A stretch of DNA of 63,867 nt, counting the filler, from Octopus bimaculoides (taxonomy: Eukaryota), in assembly GCF_001194135.2 (NCBI RefSeq). It is 7 parts of 7 records of this genome, joined end to end, with 100 filler letters (N's around TTAATTAATTAA, not from the genome) between each part and the next. Parts side by side here need not be neighbours in the genome. Positions count along the whole stretch, not along the records: positions 19,080 to 33,355 come from NC_068984.1; positions 33,456 to 40,719 come from NC_068989.1; 5 more parts are not named here. The stretch is one strand, 5' to 3'. Position numbers and translations under genes: made by a program. The notes beneath the pieces are model-generated. The model had not been told where the DNA came from and did not search any database. It was given only the letters and a program-made list of their open reading frames with translations. Positions 28,012-40,620 of the stretch are shown here, in pieces (the stretch's first letter is position 1; the number at the start of each line of letters is the position of its first letter).

Positions 28012-29072
28012 TTCTGCGTGTGTGTGTGTGTGTGTGTTTCTGCGTGTGTGTACGTGTACACATGCACAAATAACAGTGTGATTGAATTCCACATTACTGA
28101 AAGTTTCCTAGACGCAGAACATGTTCACATCTTCAGATGTATGGAGATAGGATTAAGAGAGTTAAGAAGAAAATTTTTAAATAGTTTGTAATTGAGAATA
28201 TTTTAGCTTCCATTAGTCACTTCAAGTTTCGTGGATGATTTGACAAGGCAGCATCAGCGATGATTTTATTATATATTTTCACGTGGTAAGTAAATAAAAT
28301 ACTGTTGTAAGTTCCAATGATTTCCGGGGAATACCGATATAACACATGCATGCTCTCAAGTAAAAGGATAAGCAAATATTTCCTCCCGTCTTGCTTCATC
28401 TGGAAAATTCGGGACCAAGAATGCAACTTCTTTAACATCATCCTTGACAGAAGCTTTCATCGCCAGTTCGTAATTGCCAACTCTGTTTCCCTGAGAAACT
28501 CTATATATGCAACAGTCTGGTGTATCCTTCAAACAGGAACACCAAACAGGAACATACCGCAAGTATACTTCTGATGCTCCATCGATTTTACACCACCTCC
28601 TTAGCATAGGCACCATATCACAACCTTTTAGACAGATGAAAACTTTTGCTTTTTCAAACCAAAAGAAGGCGGAATGAGAATTCTTATAATGAATTTACTC
28701 GATATTCTGGTCTGCCCTACGCATGGTGACAAGTGTTTGACAAAACATCAAAAATCAGCAATGCTCGGAAACTCTTGGCACATTTCGCACAAAGCTAACT
28801 GACGGTGTCTCCATACCCATAGAGTTTATTTTGAATCAGTAATGTGTGTCTGAAGCATTTTGGGTATTTTTGAAAGTTATCCATTGGTAGCAAACTGACA
28901 CAGTCATTAAGGCGTCGAGTATAATTCTTCACAAAATTTATTCCGACTATGTGCGCTATGTTTTCGAATTCCGTCTCGAGGTCAACTTTGCTTTTTATCC
29001 TTTCAGGGTAAATAGAAAATATCAGAACAAAGTGTTTGCACTGGCAGAACTTTAAAAACATCGACCAAATAC

Positions 29073-29714
29073 ATTTCAGGCAGTCAAATCGATCTCAGTA
29101 TCTGATTGATGGGAAAATAGCAACAGTTAGAATGAGAAGGGAGTAAAAGTAACGAAGAATTATACTTAATATTTCTCACATCATTATTAACGCTTTAAAT
29201 GATCTATTTGTTCCTGTTCTTTGTATTCTGAATTCAAATCTCACCTTCCGCTGTTAGGGAGGTAAATTTTATCTGTCACGCGGTTTTAAAAAACTCCTTG
29301 GTGTCGTAGTTTTCTTTAGCAGGATCCCCTCTATAGCAAGCATTTGGGTCTGATTACCGGTTTAAAGTCTCTGGGAAGAGTTATAAGAACTACCTTCCCT
29401 CGACCGAAATATCTCCGGAATAGACCACTCAATTGATTTTCCTCGTCAACTACGTCTTCTTTGTGAATGTCGACGCTCTTACTCTCCATTCGTCTCATTC
29501 AGGACGCTGATGCGAAATTTTTACTGACTGCATGCCTTGGCTAGTAAACTTACTAACTTTGACAAGATATTTTAAAAGAGAATTTCAGGCAGTCAAATCG
29601 ATCTCAGTATCTGATTGATGGGAGAATAGCAACAGTTAGAAAGAGAAGGAAGTAAAAGTAACGAAGAGTTATACTTAATATATTTCATATCATTATTAAC
29701 GCTTTAAATGATCT
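29073..29714. repeat. 133-bp direct repeats (29073-29205 and 29582-29714) flanking a 376-bp unique segment
   Basis: Manual alignment gives ~7 differences in 133 bp. Confidence 0.9.
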
Positions 29715-31329
29715 TTCGATGATAATTTTTCAATCATTCAATCCGTTATCGAAATATCATTATCATAAAAGCCTGTAACGTGTTCGTAAGAATCCTATGA
29801 AAATATTAAATACATGCAACAAAATCATTATAAAACGTAGAATTTCCTCAGATTTTGCTAGCAAATGATTATTTTTATCACAACTAAAGCGGGAACAAAT
29901 ATTTGCGAGAGAAAGTAATCGATGAAGTCGTTCCTGGCTCTCGACAAAGGCATTTTGTTTGGCGATCTAGTGATTATATTGACGCTTTTATTAGCACATT
30001 TTATCAGACACTGAATCGTTTTTATCAACCTCCCAGATTCTATTTATATATAATTAAAATATTTTGGACAATGACAATGATATTCAGGAGTCTGTGCTTA
30101 ACTTTATAGTGGTATATTGATTCTTATACCGGCATATTGTTTCTAGGACTGATACATTGATTCCTTATTTTATTCGAGAAAGATTTCGTTATTTACAACA
30201 AAGGATTATTCATAAAGTAGAAACTTCTGAAGTGTTATAGATTGTTTTAAATGAATTTCAATGCTAGTTGCTAACTGGCCAAAATATATCTAATCATATA
30301 AAATTTGAGAAGTGGAACAGACCATATATTTGTGGTATGGCAAAGTTATTTTATTTAATGCATAGAATTTTAACTGGAAGAGTCAATAGAATTTTAAAAA
30401 TCGATTCTCGGAACTCCATTCCAATACTCATTTTTCGACTCATCCAGTTGAAATTTTTGTCAATAAACAAGCCCATATATTTTTCGGAAGGATGAAGTTT
30501 ATTATATCAGTTCCCTATACGTGATCAATACATTTTTTTTATCGATCCTGTAAAAATGAAAAGCAATGACGGCTTGCTATTATCTGATCTGAGGACACAA
30601 GGCTATAGCAGAATATCACAAGGCTTTTTACATTCTATCAGACAATATATTACGACACTGATTTCTGAAATAGTCACAAGACTACACATCATTTTTTTTG
30701 TTTTTAAATTATGTTGAGATCACTATATCGATCTCTTAATGTATGATTCGTATTTCGTTTATCAGGCTTTGCAGTACAACAGACAACTGTGATAGCGGGA
30801 AAGCAAAGACATATATATTGATGATGGTCGAATTTTAGTGGATTATATCAACTTCATTAGTCAAAGTACTTGATTAGTAGTTGACTTTCTCAGTTTTGGA
30901 AAGATAAAAGGCTAAGTCAATTTCCAACTCATTTCAGTTCCGAAAGGAGCGAAACTTAAGTAACTTAAGGGGCAGGGGTAGGACGGGGGCAAAAATTTCA
31001 AAATTTCGATTTTTGGCAATTTTCCGGAATCTCCGTATCCGAAAAGTTGGTTTGGAAATAACTTTGGAAATATAAACTTTTCTCAAGAATACTAAGAGTA
31101 AAAGATGTTTTATATGACACGTTCTACCAGTATCCGAAGTTTGAAAGTGTTTAGTTAAAGAAAATTAATTTCTCGATCTGCCGTTGAAAGTGAAAAGATC
31201 CCAGGACTGATCTTCGGATATTGTTGCTGAAGACTGATACTCGTCAAAGTACCAATCTCAATAAAACATAATCTATCTCTAAAAGGAATGAAGATACAGA
31301 AGTAGAGATTATCAGAATGTGTTGACTGA

Positions 31330-31830
31330 AAGCATAAGCAACTTGCTTCCCAGCCACATAGTTCCAGATTAAGTCCCACTGTGTGGCACCTTGGGCAAGT
31401 GTCTTCAATTATCGCCTAGAGCCGAGTGAGTCGATTTGAAAGAAGCCCACTATATATATATATGTAAAAATATGTGACACTTATTCGGTTATCAGGGCTA
31501 CTGAATAAGTGTCACATATTTTTACAGATAAATTCCTCTATTTACATAATATCGGGGTCTCTTTCTTTCTTTTGTTGTCTTTTCTATCAATATATATATA
31601 TATATATATATATACCTATATGTGTGTTTTGTGTCTGTGTTTGTCTCCCACCACCACTTGACAACCAGTGTTGTTTACGTCTCCGTAACTTAGCTAGCTG
31701 TTCGGCAAAAGACACCGATAGAATAAGTACTAGGCTTTAAAAAAGTTCTGCGGTCGATTTCTTTGACTAAAACCCTTCAAGGCTGTGCTCTAGTTTGGCC
31801 ACAGTCAAATGACTGAAGCAAGTAAAAGAT
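31330..31830 (+). mobile_element. Bipartite family B SINE with a hairpin insert in its internal microsatellite
   Basis: Head 31330-31452 and tail 31625-31830. Confidence 0.75.
31463..31526. repeat. Perfect 24-bp inverted repeat with 16-nt spacer
   Basis: tgtaaaaatatgtgacacttattc (31463-31486) and gaataagtgtcacatatttttaca (31503-31526). Confidence 0.95.
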
Positions 31831-33210
31831 AAACGATAAAATCTGTATAATAATAGGTACTCTGGAGATAATCAAAAACATTCAGGTAAATATATAGTCA
31901 AAATTCTGGGACTTACAAATATGCACAACATCATAGAACTGTTGGCGCTGTAGACATATTAAAGTGAATACTTTCAATATCACAGAAAGTACCAAAACAA
32001 AACACTGTACATATCGGCACACAGACAGAGCATGAAAACACGCAATTACCAAATGGCTACTGAAAAATGATATTCATAATGGTTTCTTATATATACACAT
32101 ATATGCATAATACTCAGATCATTTTTGAAGAAGGAGGTGAACGGTTGGTGAACAGGACTGCAAACAATCATTGAAACAAGATAATTTAGTCCTAGATATA
32201 TCACGTTTGAATGAAAGAGGTATTGGTTTGGCTTGACTAGATTTGATCGTATGTCTATTCGCTTGGAGCTAAACTATAACAAGTCAGTCATTCACCACCC
32301 GGTTAATAATTTTGATAATACAAAATAATATACAATACTCACCATAATCGTGTACGTTGGTTATTTGTAACTAGATTTACGGTGTATTAAGTCAAAAACA
32401 GAAATCAATATTATAAATAATTTTAGCTAGAATACGAAATGACATTCTCTCAGATAATGACATCATTGCTCGATTTTATATGTATGTAAATATTTTCTAA
32501 ATGTAAATAAATTATAAGTTTGAATACAAAATTATATTTAGGCAAATAACTTTCCTTCGATTTCATTTGTATGTAAATAATTTATAACACAAGAAAATAT
32601 ATCGCATCAAAGTGTTTCCTTATGATAGTTCTGTAAACATTTCCATTATAGTTTATGGATATATANNNNNNNNNNNNNNNNNNNNNNNNNNNNNNNNNNN
32701 NNNNNNNNNNNNNNNNNNNNNNNNNNNNNNNNNNNNNNNNNNNNNNNATATGTATATACGTATTTATATTATGTAAACATTACTGTTTAGGAGATATGTC
32801 TGATATTTCAAATTGTAACGTGGCTGACAGCTCCAAATCGCTGACATGTCTGCGAGGAATGTCTGCACGGGAAAACAAATAATAATTATTATAAAGGAAA
32901 AACAAACAAAACTATGGACGGAACTTCTCTACATTTCCTTGAATAACACCACAATTTATGGACCATGTGCATGTTTAAGCTGATTGCTATTATGCAAAGT
33001 GGTTAAGTTGTCTCGACTTCAATTTCAAGACTAAAACATATATTATCTTTCAATAGAAATCTGTAACAAACGGTCAGCGAAATAAAGATTCTTCACACAT
33101 CATGAGGCAGTCATTCATTTCTAAATCAGCGCTTTTCACTTGTATATCGTCGTGATTGATACTGTTTATGTTTGCAACGCATCTGCTCTTTTCCAACTAC
33201 TACTACTACA

Positions 33211-33266
<56 letters not shown>

Positions 33267-33273
33267 AACAACA

Positions 33274-33326
<53 letters not shown>

Positions 33327-33455
33327 TAAAAATAATAATAATAATAATAATAAAANNNNNNNNNNNNNNNNNNNNNNNNNNNNNNNNNNNNNNNNNNNNT
33401 TAATTAATTAANNNNNNNNNNNNNNNNNNNNNNNNNNNNNNNNNNNNNNNNNNNN

Positions 33456-33702
33456 GGGGCGATAATTTTTTGGTTCGTTTGTTTCCTCATTTTTTGGAAG
33501 CAGGAATGTTAAACCATTAACTAGCCAAGAAGGCATCAAACTAGGATTTTGCAAAACATCGTTGTAAAGTTTTGTTAGCAGTTCATGGCTTTCTGGGAAG
33601 GCATTCAACCAGAAGTTAGGAATTTTATCCTTTCCTGGAGACTTCCATTTGCTTGACCTCCTGAGAGCTGATCTTATATCTTCTACCTTGACCCCCTCCC
33701 AC

Positions 33703-33703
<1 letters not shown>
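33456..33703 (-). mobile_element. R4/Dong-like non-LTR retrotransposon, RT N-terminal fragment (open frame, runs into gap)
   Basis: VKVEDIRSALRRSSKWKSPGKDKIPNFWLNAFPESHELLTKLYNDVLQNPSLMPSWLVNGLTFLLPKNEETNEPKNYRP with no stops. Confidence 0.85.
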
Positions 33704-33780
<77 letters not shown>

Positions 33781-33781
<1 letters not shown>

Positions 33782-34275
33782 ATTGGAAACTTTACCAGAA
33801 ATAGGGATTTGAAACTGGAAACGCATTGTACAATCATTGAGTCTTAAAAGTACTGGAATCAGAAAAATGTAAGATTTTGTAGGACTTTCCTATTCAAACG
33901 GACAAGAAGTTAGAAAATAACAGACCGGAGATAACAATCAAAGATTAGGAAAGACGAAAAAAAAAAAAATACAATCTCTTAAAATTTGAAATAGGAAGTA
34001 TTTGGAGTGTGAGAACTGTAAAGTTCGAACCTATAATAATTGGTGCGTGGGAAACAGTAAGAAAAAATTATAGACAAATGGCTGAAGGAGATTGGAATAG
34101 AATGCTTAGTAGAGCTCCTACAGAAAGTTTGTCTCTTAGGGACAGCAAGGATTATCAGGAGGGTTCTAAGCACTTGAAAGACAGCTGAAGTTTTGCTGAT
34201 ACCTAAGGTTACAGGTAGAAACCGCTACCCGTATAAATCCTACGAGGAATAAGACCGAACCTGAGTGAAACCAAA
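33781..34275 (+). mobile_element. R4/Dong-like 3' end (restriction-like endonuclease domain, 3'UTR, (AAT)n)
   Basis: KVLESEKCKIL*DFPIQTDKKLENNRPEI...PIIIGA...ELLQKVCLLGTARIIRRVLST*. Confidence 0.85.
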
Positions 34276-34295
34276 TAATAATAATAATAATAACG

Positions 34296-34326
<31 letters not shown>

Positions 34327-34339
34327 TGATGATGATGAT

Positions 34340-34383
<44 letters not shown>

Positions 34384-34400
34384 TGATGATGATGATGATG

Positions 34401-34465
<65 letters not shown>

Positions 34466-34468
<3 letters not shown>

Positions 34469-34948
34469 GCATCGTCGAAAATAGAAATGCAAAGATCCTA
34501 TGGGATTTTACGATTCAGTGCGACCATGAGATAGAGAATAGGAAGCCGAACATAGTCCTAATTGAGAAAGAAAATAAATTATGCTGGATCATAGATATAG
34601 CATGCCCAGTTTACGACAAGGTATGCGATAAGGGAGAAAGAAAAGTCGAGAGATATGACAGGTTAGCTTGGGAAGTTAAGCAGTTGTGGTCGATGAAAAA
34701 GGTAGCAGTAGTACCAATAATTGTCGGAGCCCTGGGAACAGTGAGCAAAAAATCTTGAGAAGTACGTGGAACAAATAGGAGGTGCAATAAGGGTGGAGCA
34801 CTTGCAGACACTGCTTGGAACAAACACTGCTTGGAACCGCTCGAATACTCCGGAAGGTGCTCGAAAAATAAGGAGTGTTACCTTAGTTCACTGGTAGTGA
34901 AGAGCTGACACTGTAGTACATCTCCAGCGTTAGAAGCTGTGCAAAGGC

Positions 34949-34985
<37 letters not shown>
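34466..34985 (+). mobile_element. Second R4/Dong-like family 3' end (RLE domain)
   Basis: EGIVENRNAKILWDFTIQCDHEIENRKPNIVLIEKENKLCWIIDIACP...PIIVGALGTVSK, frameshift, ...ARILRKVLEK*; ends in (AAT)n. Confidence 0.88.
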
Positions 34986-34999
34986 TCACGAACGAATGG

Positions 35000-35530
<531 letters not shown>

Positions 35531-35549
35531 CTCAATAATAACAATAATA

Positions 35550-35590
<41 letters not shown>

Positions 35591-35964
35591 AGTAATAATA
35601 ATAATAATAACAATAATGATGATGATGATGATGATAATAAAATTTCTTAATATTAACAATAACATGGAAATCAGTATCTAACAATTCCATAATCAATACC
35701 AGTAACTCCATTAACAATAACAACAACAACAACACCAAAACTAGCAACAACAATAATAGCAATAATGAAATATGTAGGGAAAAGCATTACTCCATTGAAG
35801 TTCTGCTACTACTTATTTTATTGACCCTAGAGAGATGAAAAGCAAAGTCACCTCCCGTGGGATTTGAACGCAAGATATACAAATGGATTTAACTAAATTT
35901 AAGATGTCTGCCACACCTCCACTACCTTCTTCAACAGGAAATTAACCTACGTGCCGCCAAGGTA

Positions 35965-36155
35965 CTCTGTGCATGGTTGCTTAACTTGCTAGAAATAGCA
36001 ACCAAATCTCTCACCCTGTCAGTTTATATAAATATGTAGCAGAGTCGTTAAACAATGTAGCCATACGTACTTCTAAATTGACGGGATGGTCATGGCATAA
36101 GTGTCTTTGATCGTACATCTGCTCGATGACGGTTGACCTGGCGTTAAACAACTAC
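35965..36155 (+). mobile_element. Degenerate SINE-like family D (gctagaaatagc...gggatggtcatgg...gttgacctgg)
   Basis: Related fragments at ~17705-17770, ~47270-47350 and, on the minus strand, ~52830-53230. Confidence 0.5.
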
Positions 36156-36297
36156 TTCAAGAACACGAAAATTGAAAAAAAAGTTACTAAAATAAACCAA
36201 GGAAATGTCGAAAAACATTGAATGATATAATTTTGCGCTAAGTACATTCTGTCTGAATAAGTTTTGTAACATATACCACAAAACAAGCAGTAATAAA

Positions 36298-36861
36298 AAG
36301 TAACTACAATACTACAATGTAAGTACCAACACTCTAAAGTAACTGCCTATTTTTAACAACAATCCGAATAATAACTACATAATATATGACATGTGGAGGC
36401 GTAATGGCCCAGTGGTTAGGGCAGCGGACTCGCGGTCATAGGATCGCGGTTTCGATTCACAGACCGGGCGTTGTGAGTGTTTATTGAACGAAAACACCTA
36501 AAGCTCCATGAGGCTCCGGCAGGGGATGGTGGCGAACCCTGCTATACTCTTCCACCACAACTTTCTCGCACACTTACTTCCTGTTTCTGTTGTGCCTGTA
36601 ATTCAAAGGGTCAGCCTTGTCACACTGTGTCACGCTGAATATCCCCGAGAACTACGTTAAGGGTACACGTGTCTGTGAAGTGCTCAGCCACTTGCACGTT
36701 AATTTCACGAGCAGGCTGTTCCGTTGATCGGATCAACTGGAACCCTCGACGTCGTAAGCGACGGTGTGCCAACACACAATATATGATATAACAGTTTGAA
36801 AAACTTACTTAAAAACATTGATCGAACACACTTCCAAACCAGTTACTTATCCCTAAACAAA
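36298..36861 (+). repeat. Left arm of ~565-bp inverted duplication
   Basis: Reverse complement of 37626-38198, including non-SINE flanks on both sides of the SINE. Confidence 0.92.
36393..36775 (+). mobile_element. Full-length tRNA-derived SINE family C with 11-bp TSD
   Basis: A-box tggcccagtgg and B-box ggtttcgattc; TSD aatatatga(c/t)a; a decayed copy lies at 43365-43580. Confidence 0.9.
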
Positions 36862-37625
36862 GGAAACCGTGCGATACACAAGTTAGACAATAACAGACAT
36901 CAGAAATGCTCTAGGAAAATTCCAAAATTCAAATACCTCAAGACCTGAATAACTCCTAAATACATAAGGCCTGAATAAATTATAATTACTGTAACGATTA
37001 CTTCAAGAAAGGTTAGTTTTTGAAGAGGTAAAAGTGACCAACCACTGAGTACTCCATTCAGTCTCCGAATGCAAGTCATGTTCAAGAGATCAGACAAGTA
37101 AAACTTCATTCAAGTAAGAATACGAAGAAACGTCCTCAGAAAAAGAGGGGAGGTTTCGATATATTAGCCGCAAGATCATTGATAAAATTTTAGAAGATCG
37201 GGTCAAAAATAGAACTTTGAGGAAGACTTGATGTGATGGTGTAAGTAGAAGAAAGGTAATTTAAAATAACCTCATTGCTACAGTTCATTCAGGAAAGCTC
37301 CATATGACTTAAATTTGTCGGGGAGACCAACATCTCAAACGCTGTCAGATGTTTTTGATATGACAAGAACAACTTGCTGCACCACACACGCAATTATTTA
37401 AGATCAGTAAAGCACAAAGTAGGAAATCGTACTTCTTGTCAAATAAACAGACCAAGTAATTCAAAATGCAAGACAAGAAGACGATGATCAAAGAACTTGC
37501 TAACTATACGGTAAAAGATTGATTGGATGGGAGTTTTGGGGATCAGAATGTTCACGAAAGTTTTTGAAAACAGGAATTACATAGACCGAGTTCTAGCTAG
37601 CTGGGAAGAAAGACTCAACTAAGCA

Positions 37626-38198
37626 TTTGTTTATGCGTCGGGATAAGTAACTGGTCTGGAAGTGTGTTCGATCAACATTTTAAAGTAAGTTTTTCAAATT
37701 GTTATATCATATATTTGTTGTTGGTACTCCGTCGCTTACGACGTCGTGGGTTCCAGTTGATCCGATCAACGGAACAGCCTGCTCGTGAAATTAACGTGCA
37801 AGTGGCTGAGCACTCCACAGACACGTGTACCCTTAACGTAGTTCTCGGGGATATTCAGCGTGATACAGTGTGACAAGGCTGACCCTTTTAATTACAGGCA
37901 CAACAGAAACAGGAAGAAAGAGTGAGAGAAAGTTGTGGTGGAAGAGTACAGCAGGGTTCGCCACCATCCCCTGCTGGAGCCTCGTGGAGCTTTTTTTAGG
38001 TGTTTTTGCTCAATAAACACTCACAACGCCCGGTCTGGGAATCGAAACCGCGATCCTATGACCGCGAGTCCGCTGCCCTAACCACTGGGCCATTGCGCCT
38101 CCACTATCATATATTATGTAGTTATTATTCGGATTGTTGTTAACAATAGGCAGTTACTTTAGAGTGTTGGTACTTACATTGTAGTATTGTAGTTACTT
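37626..38198 (-). repeat. Right arm of the inverted duplication, containing the same SINE (~37715-38104) with perfect TSD aatatatgata
   Basis: Direct alignment to the left arm. Confidence 0.92.
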
Positions 38199-38760
38199 GC
38201 AGAGCACGTTTACAAATCGATATCAGGAATGTACTCAACACCAGCAGCTGAGTAAGCTTCGAGGAAGCTTACCACGTATCTAAAAGTTATACGCAAGTCA
38301 GATAAAAGAACGTTACACTAAGAAGAAATGACTGGAAAAACAAGGTTAAAGGAACCGTGTGTAAAATTATTGGAAAACAAGTGAACACGAAATTTTGCTT
38401 TATCATAAAAAAAAGAGTCGATACCTCAGAACTGTTGCAGAGAAGAGAGATACTGAATTTACCATTATTCAATATACTATTATGGATTTTCCAAAAGTCC
38501 TGAGAGACCAAATTTTGAGAACCAACTTGGGATTCTCCTCATATTGAAATTTAGCATCTGCAAGTGGATTTTTGCAACGCTTTCCTAGTCAATACGAAAA
38601 GACATCTAAATTTCAAAAAGCTGTCTTGACTTAAAATTAGAAAAAAGTAGTTCCTCTGAGAAATAGCAGAGGTACAAACAGGAAAGCGTACAGGAAGAGT
38701 AAAGCGACTGAATGAAGTATCACTGATAAAGGATGAGTGCATTAATACCAGCCTGAATCC
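38199..38760 (-). mobile_element. Decayed CR1-clade LINE fragment
   Basis: SQDFWKIHNSILNNGKFSISLLCNSSEVSTL...KAYSAAGVEYIPDIDL*TCS resembles the CR1 pre-RT and domain-0 pattern. Confidence 0.65.
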
Positions 38761-39206
38761 AAGATAGAAGAAAAGTTACGATGAAAACTTGGAATAGTAA
38801 TAGGGGAGATAGTCAGAGGTTTTGATGAAAGATTTGTAAATACAGCCAGATCATTTTGTCTTATAAGTGTATGTAGGGCTACATTATCTAATGTATTCTT
38901 TCTTATTTAAGAAGTTCTCGGGGTTTTTGAGGAGATACATGAATTAATTTCAAAAAAGTACAAAGCTCTAATCTAGTAAGTCAACGATCACATAGAGCTA
39001 ATCTTTAGTGGTTCCTATCTCTATGTGGTCGTTCACCCTGTTAGAAAAAGTAGTAAAATCTCCCTCGAATCACAACCTACTATCTTCAAAAAACAGAAAA
39101 GACCTTTGGATAATACGATATAAAGTTTATGACGCATTGTATATGTGCACGGGAGTTGTATACATACATACATACATACATACATACATACATACATACA
39201 TACATA

Positions 39207-39311
<105 letters not shown>

Positions 39312-39448
39312 GCATATATGGGTACAAGACGTCACCAACAGCAAACAACATGAAATACGAAAACAAATGAGTTAAATACGCAAACAACGAGAGAGAAAAA
39401 TGGAAAGCAGGACAAGCAACACAAAGAACGACCCTTCATCAGTTGTCG

Positions 39449-39673
39449 GCTGTCTATCTGCTCCTCATTTCGAGCATTGAACGACAATATGAGCGTTCTG
39501 GTCTAACGACCCACCATGTTCGTTTTCGTTCCTTGTATGTCTCGACTGTCCTGCTTTGTTCCCAACTTTGACCCTCCATAAATCCAAAATTTTATATTGG
39601 TATTTATGGGAGCAACTGTCTTCGAAGGCTCATATTGTCGTTCAGTGCTCGAAATGATGAGTAGATAGACAGC
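39449..39673. repeat. 46-bp inverted repeats (43/46) around a 133-bp spacer; inverted junction of a repeat, possibly Penelope-like
   Basis: 39449-39494 versus 39628-39673; the left arm continues into further repeat-like sequence down to ~39310. Confidence 0.8.
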
Positions 39674-39701
39674 GCACGCACACAGACACACACATATAGA
39701 C

Positions 39702-39752
<51 letters not shown>

Positions 39753-40569
39753 CAGATAGACAGACAGATAGACAGATAGATACATACATACATACATACA
39801 TACATACATACATACATACATACATACATACATACACAAATACATACACACATATCTAGGCTTGAATGCTACTGACAATAGCAACTCTGAATATGGCCTG
39901 AAAACCAACAATAACATGTCAAGAAATCTTTAACCAAGAGGACTTTTATGCTGTCGTTTAACGTTAGAAATAGTGGCCAAATTAGCTTCATATCACGACA
40001 TAGCGGTTAAATTTTGTTCCAGAACCTCCATGACTGAATAAAAGCTTGAATATGTAATGCTTTTGATTGTAGAAGTTATGTTTCATCAGAACTGTCTTGT
40101 GGCTGAAAAAACACCTATAAAACACCGCTAGTACTATTTATTAATTTCAAAATTCACACGAAAACGTAGAAAATTCAATACTGATATTATGCATTGGAAT
40201 TAGAATTCTAATCGTTGTTAATTATGGATATCTCAGTATGTCTACCACCTCAAGTCTTAGTGTAACAACCTCCTATTATATATACAACACCACACCCGCA
40301 AGCGAATCTGTATCTTCGTTTCCTGATTTAAAGCTGAATAGCGACAATGAGATTAAACGTATACTAATTTCCGTGTGTACAGAATGTGTGTTCTTGCGCA
40401 CAGGTTTTTTGAGAACGGCGATGATTCATTATCGGTATGCGTGTGCATATGTGTGTATGTGAGTATGTCTGTATGTGTGTGCGTGTGTACGCGAATAGAA
40501 CATTTATGTGCGTGTTGGTTTGAGGATAGTTTTGTGTGTATACAAATACTTCTTTGTATAAATTTATAA

Positions 40570-40620
<51 letters not shown>

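Noticed and set aside
28250-28291. Possible signal-peptide exon ATGATTTTATTATATATTTTCACGTG|GTAAGT for the galaxin-like gene
   Set aside because: It is phase 2, whereas the galaxin acceptors are phase 1 or 0, and it lies 33 kb and several scaffold joins away.
30965-31320. TTAA+GGGG start suggesting a Kolobok-type DNA transposon end
   Set aside because: No matching opposite TIR or TSD was found.
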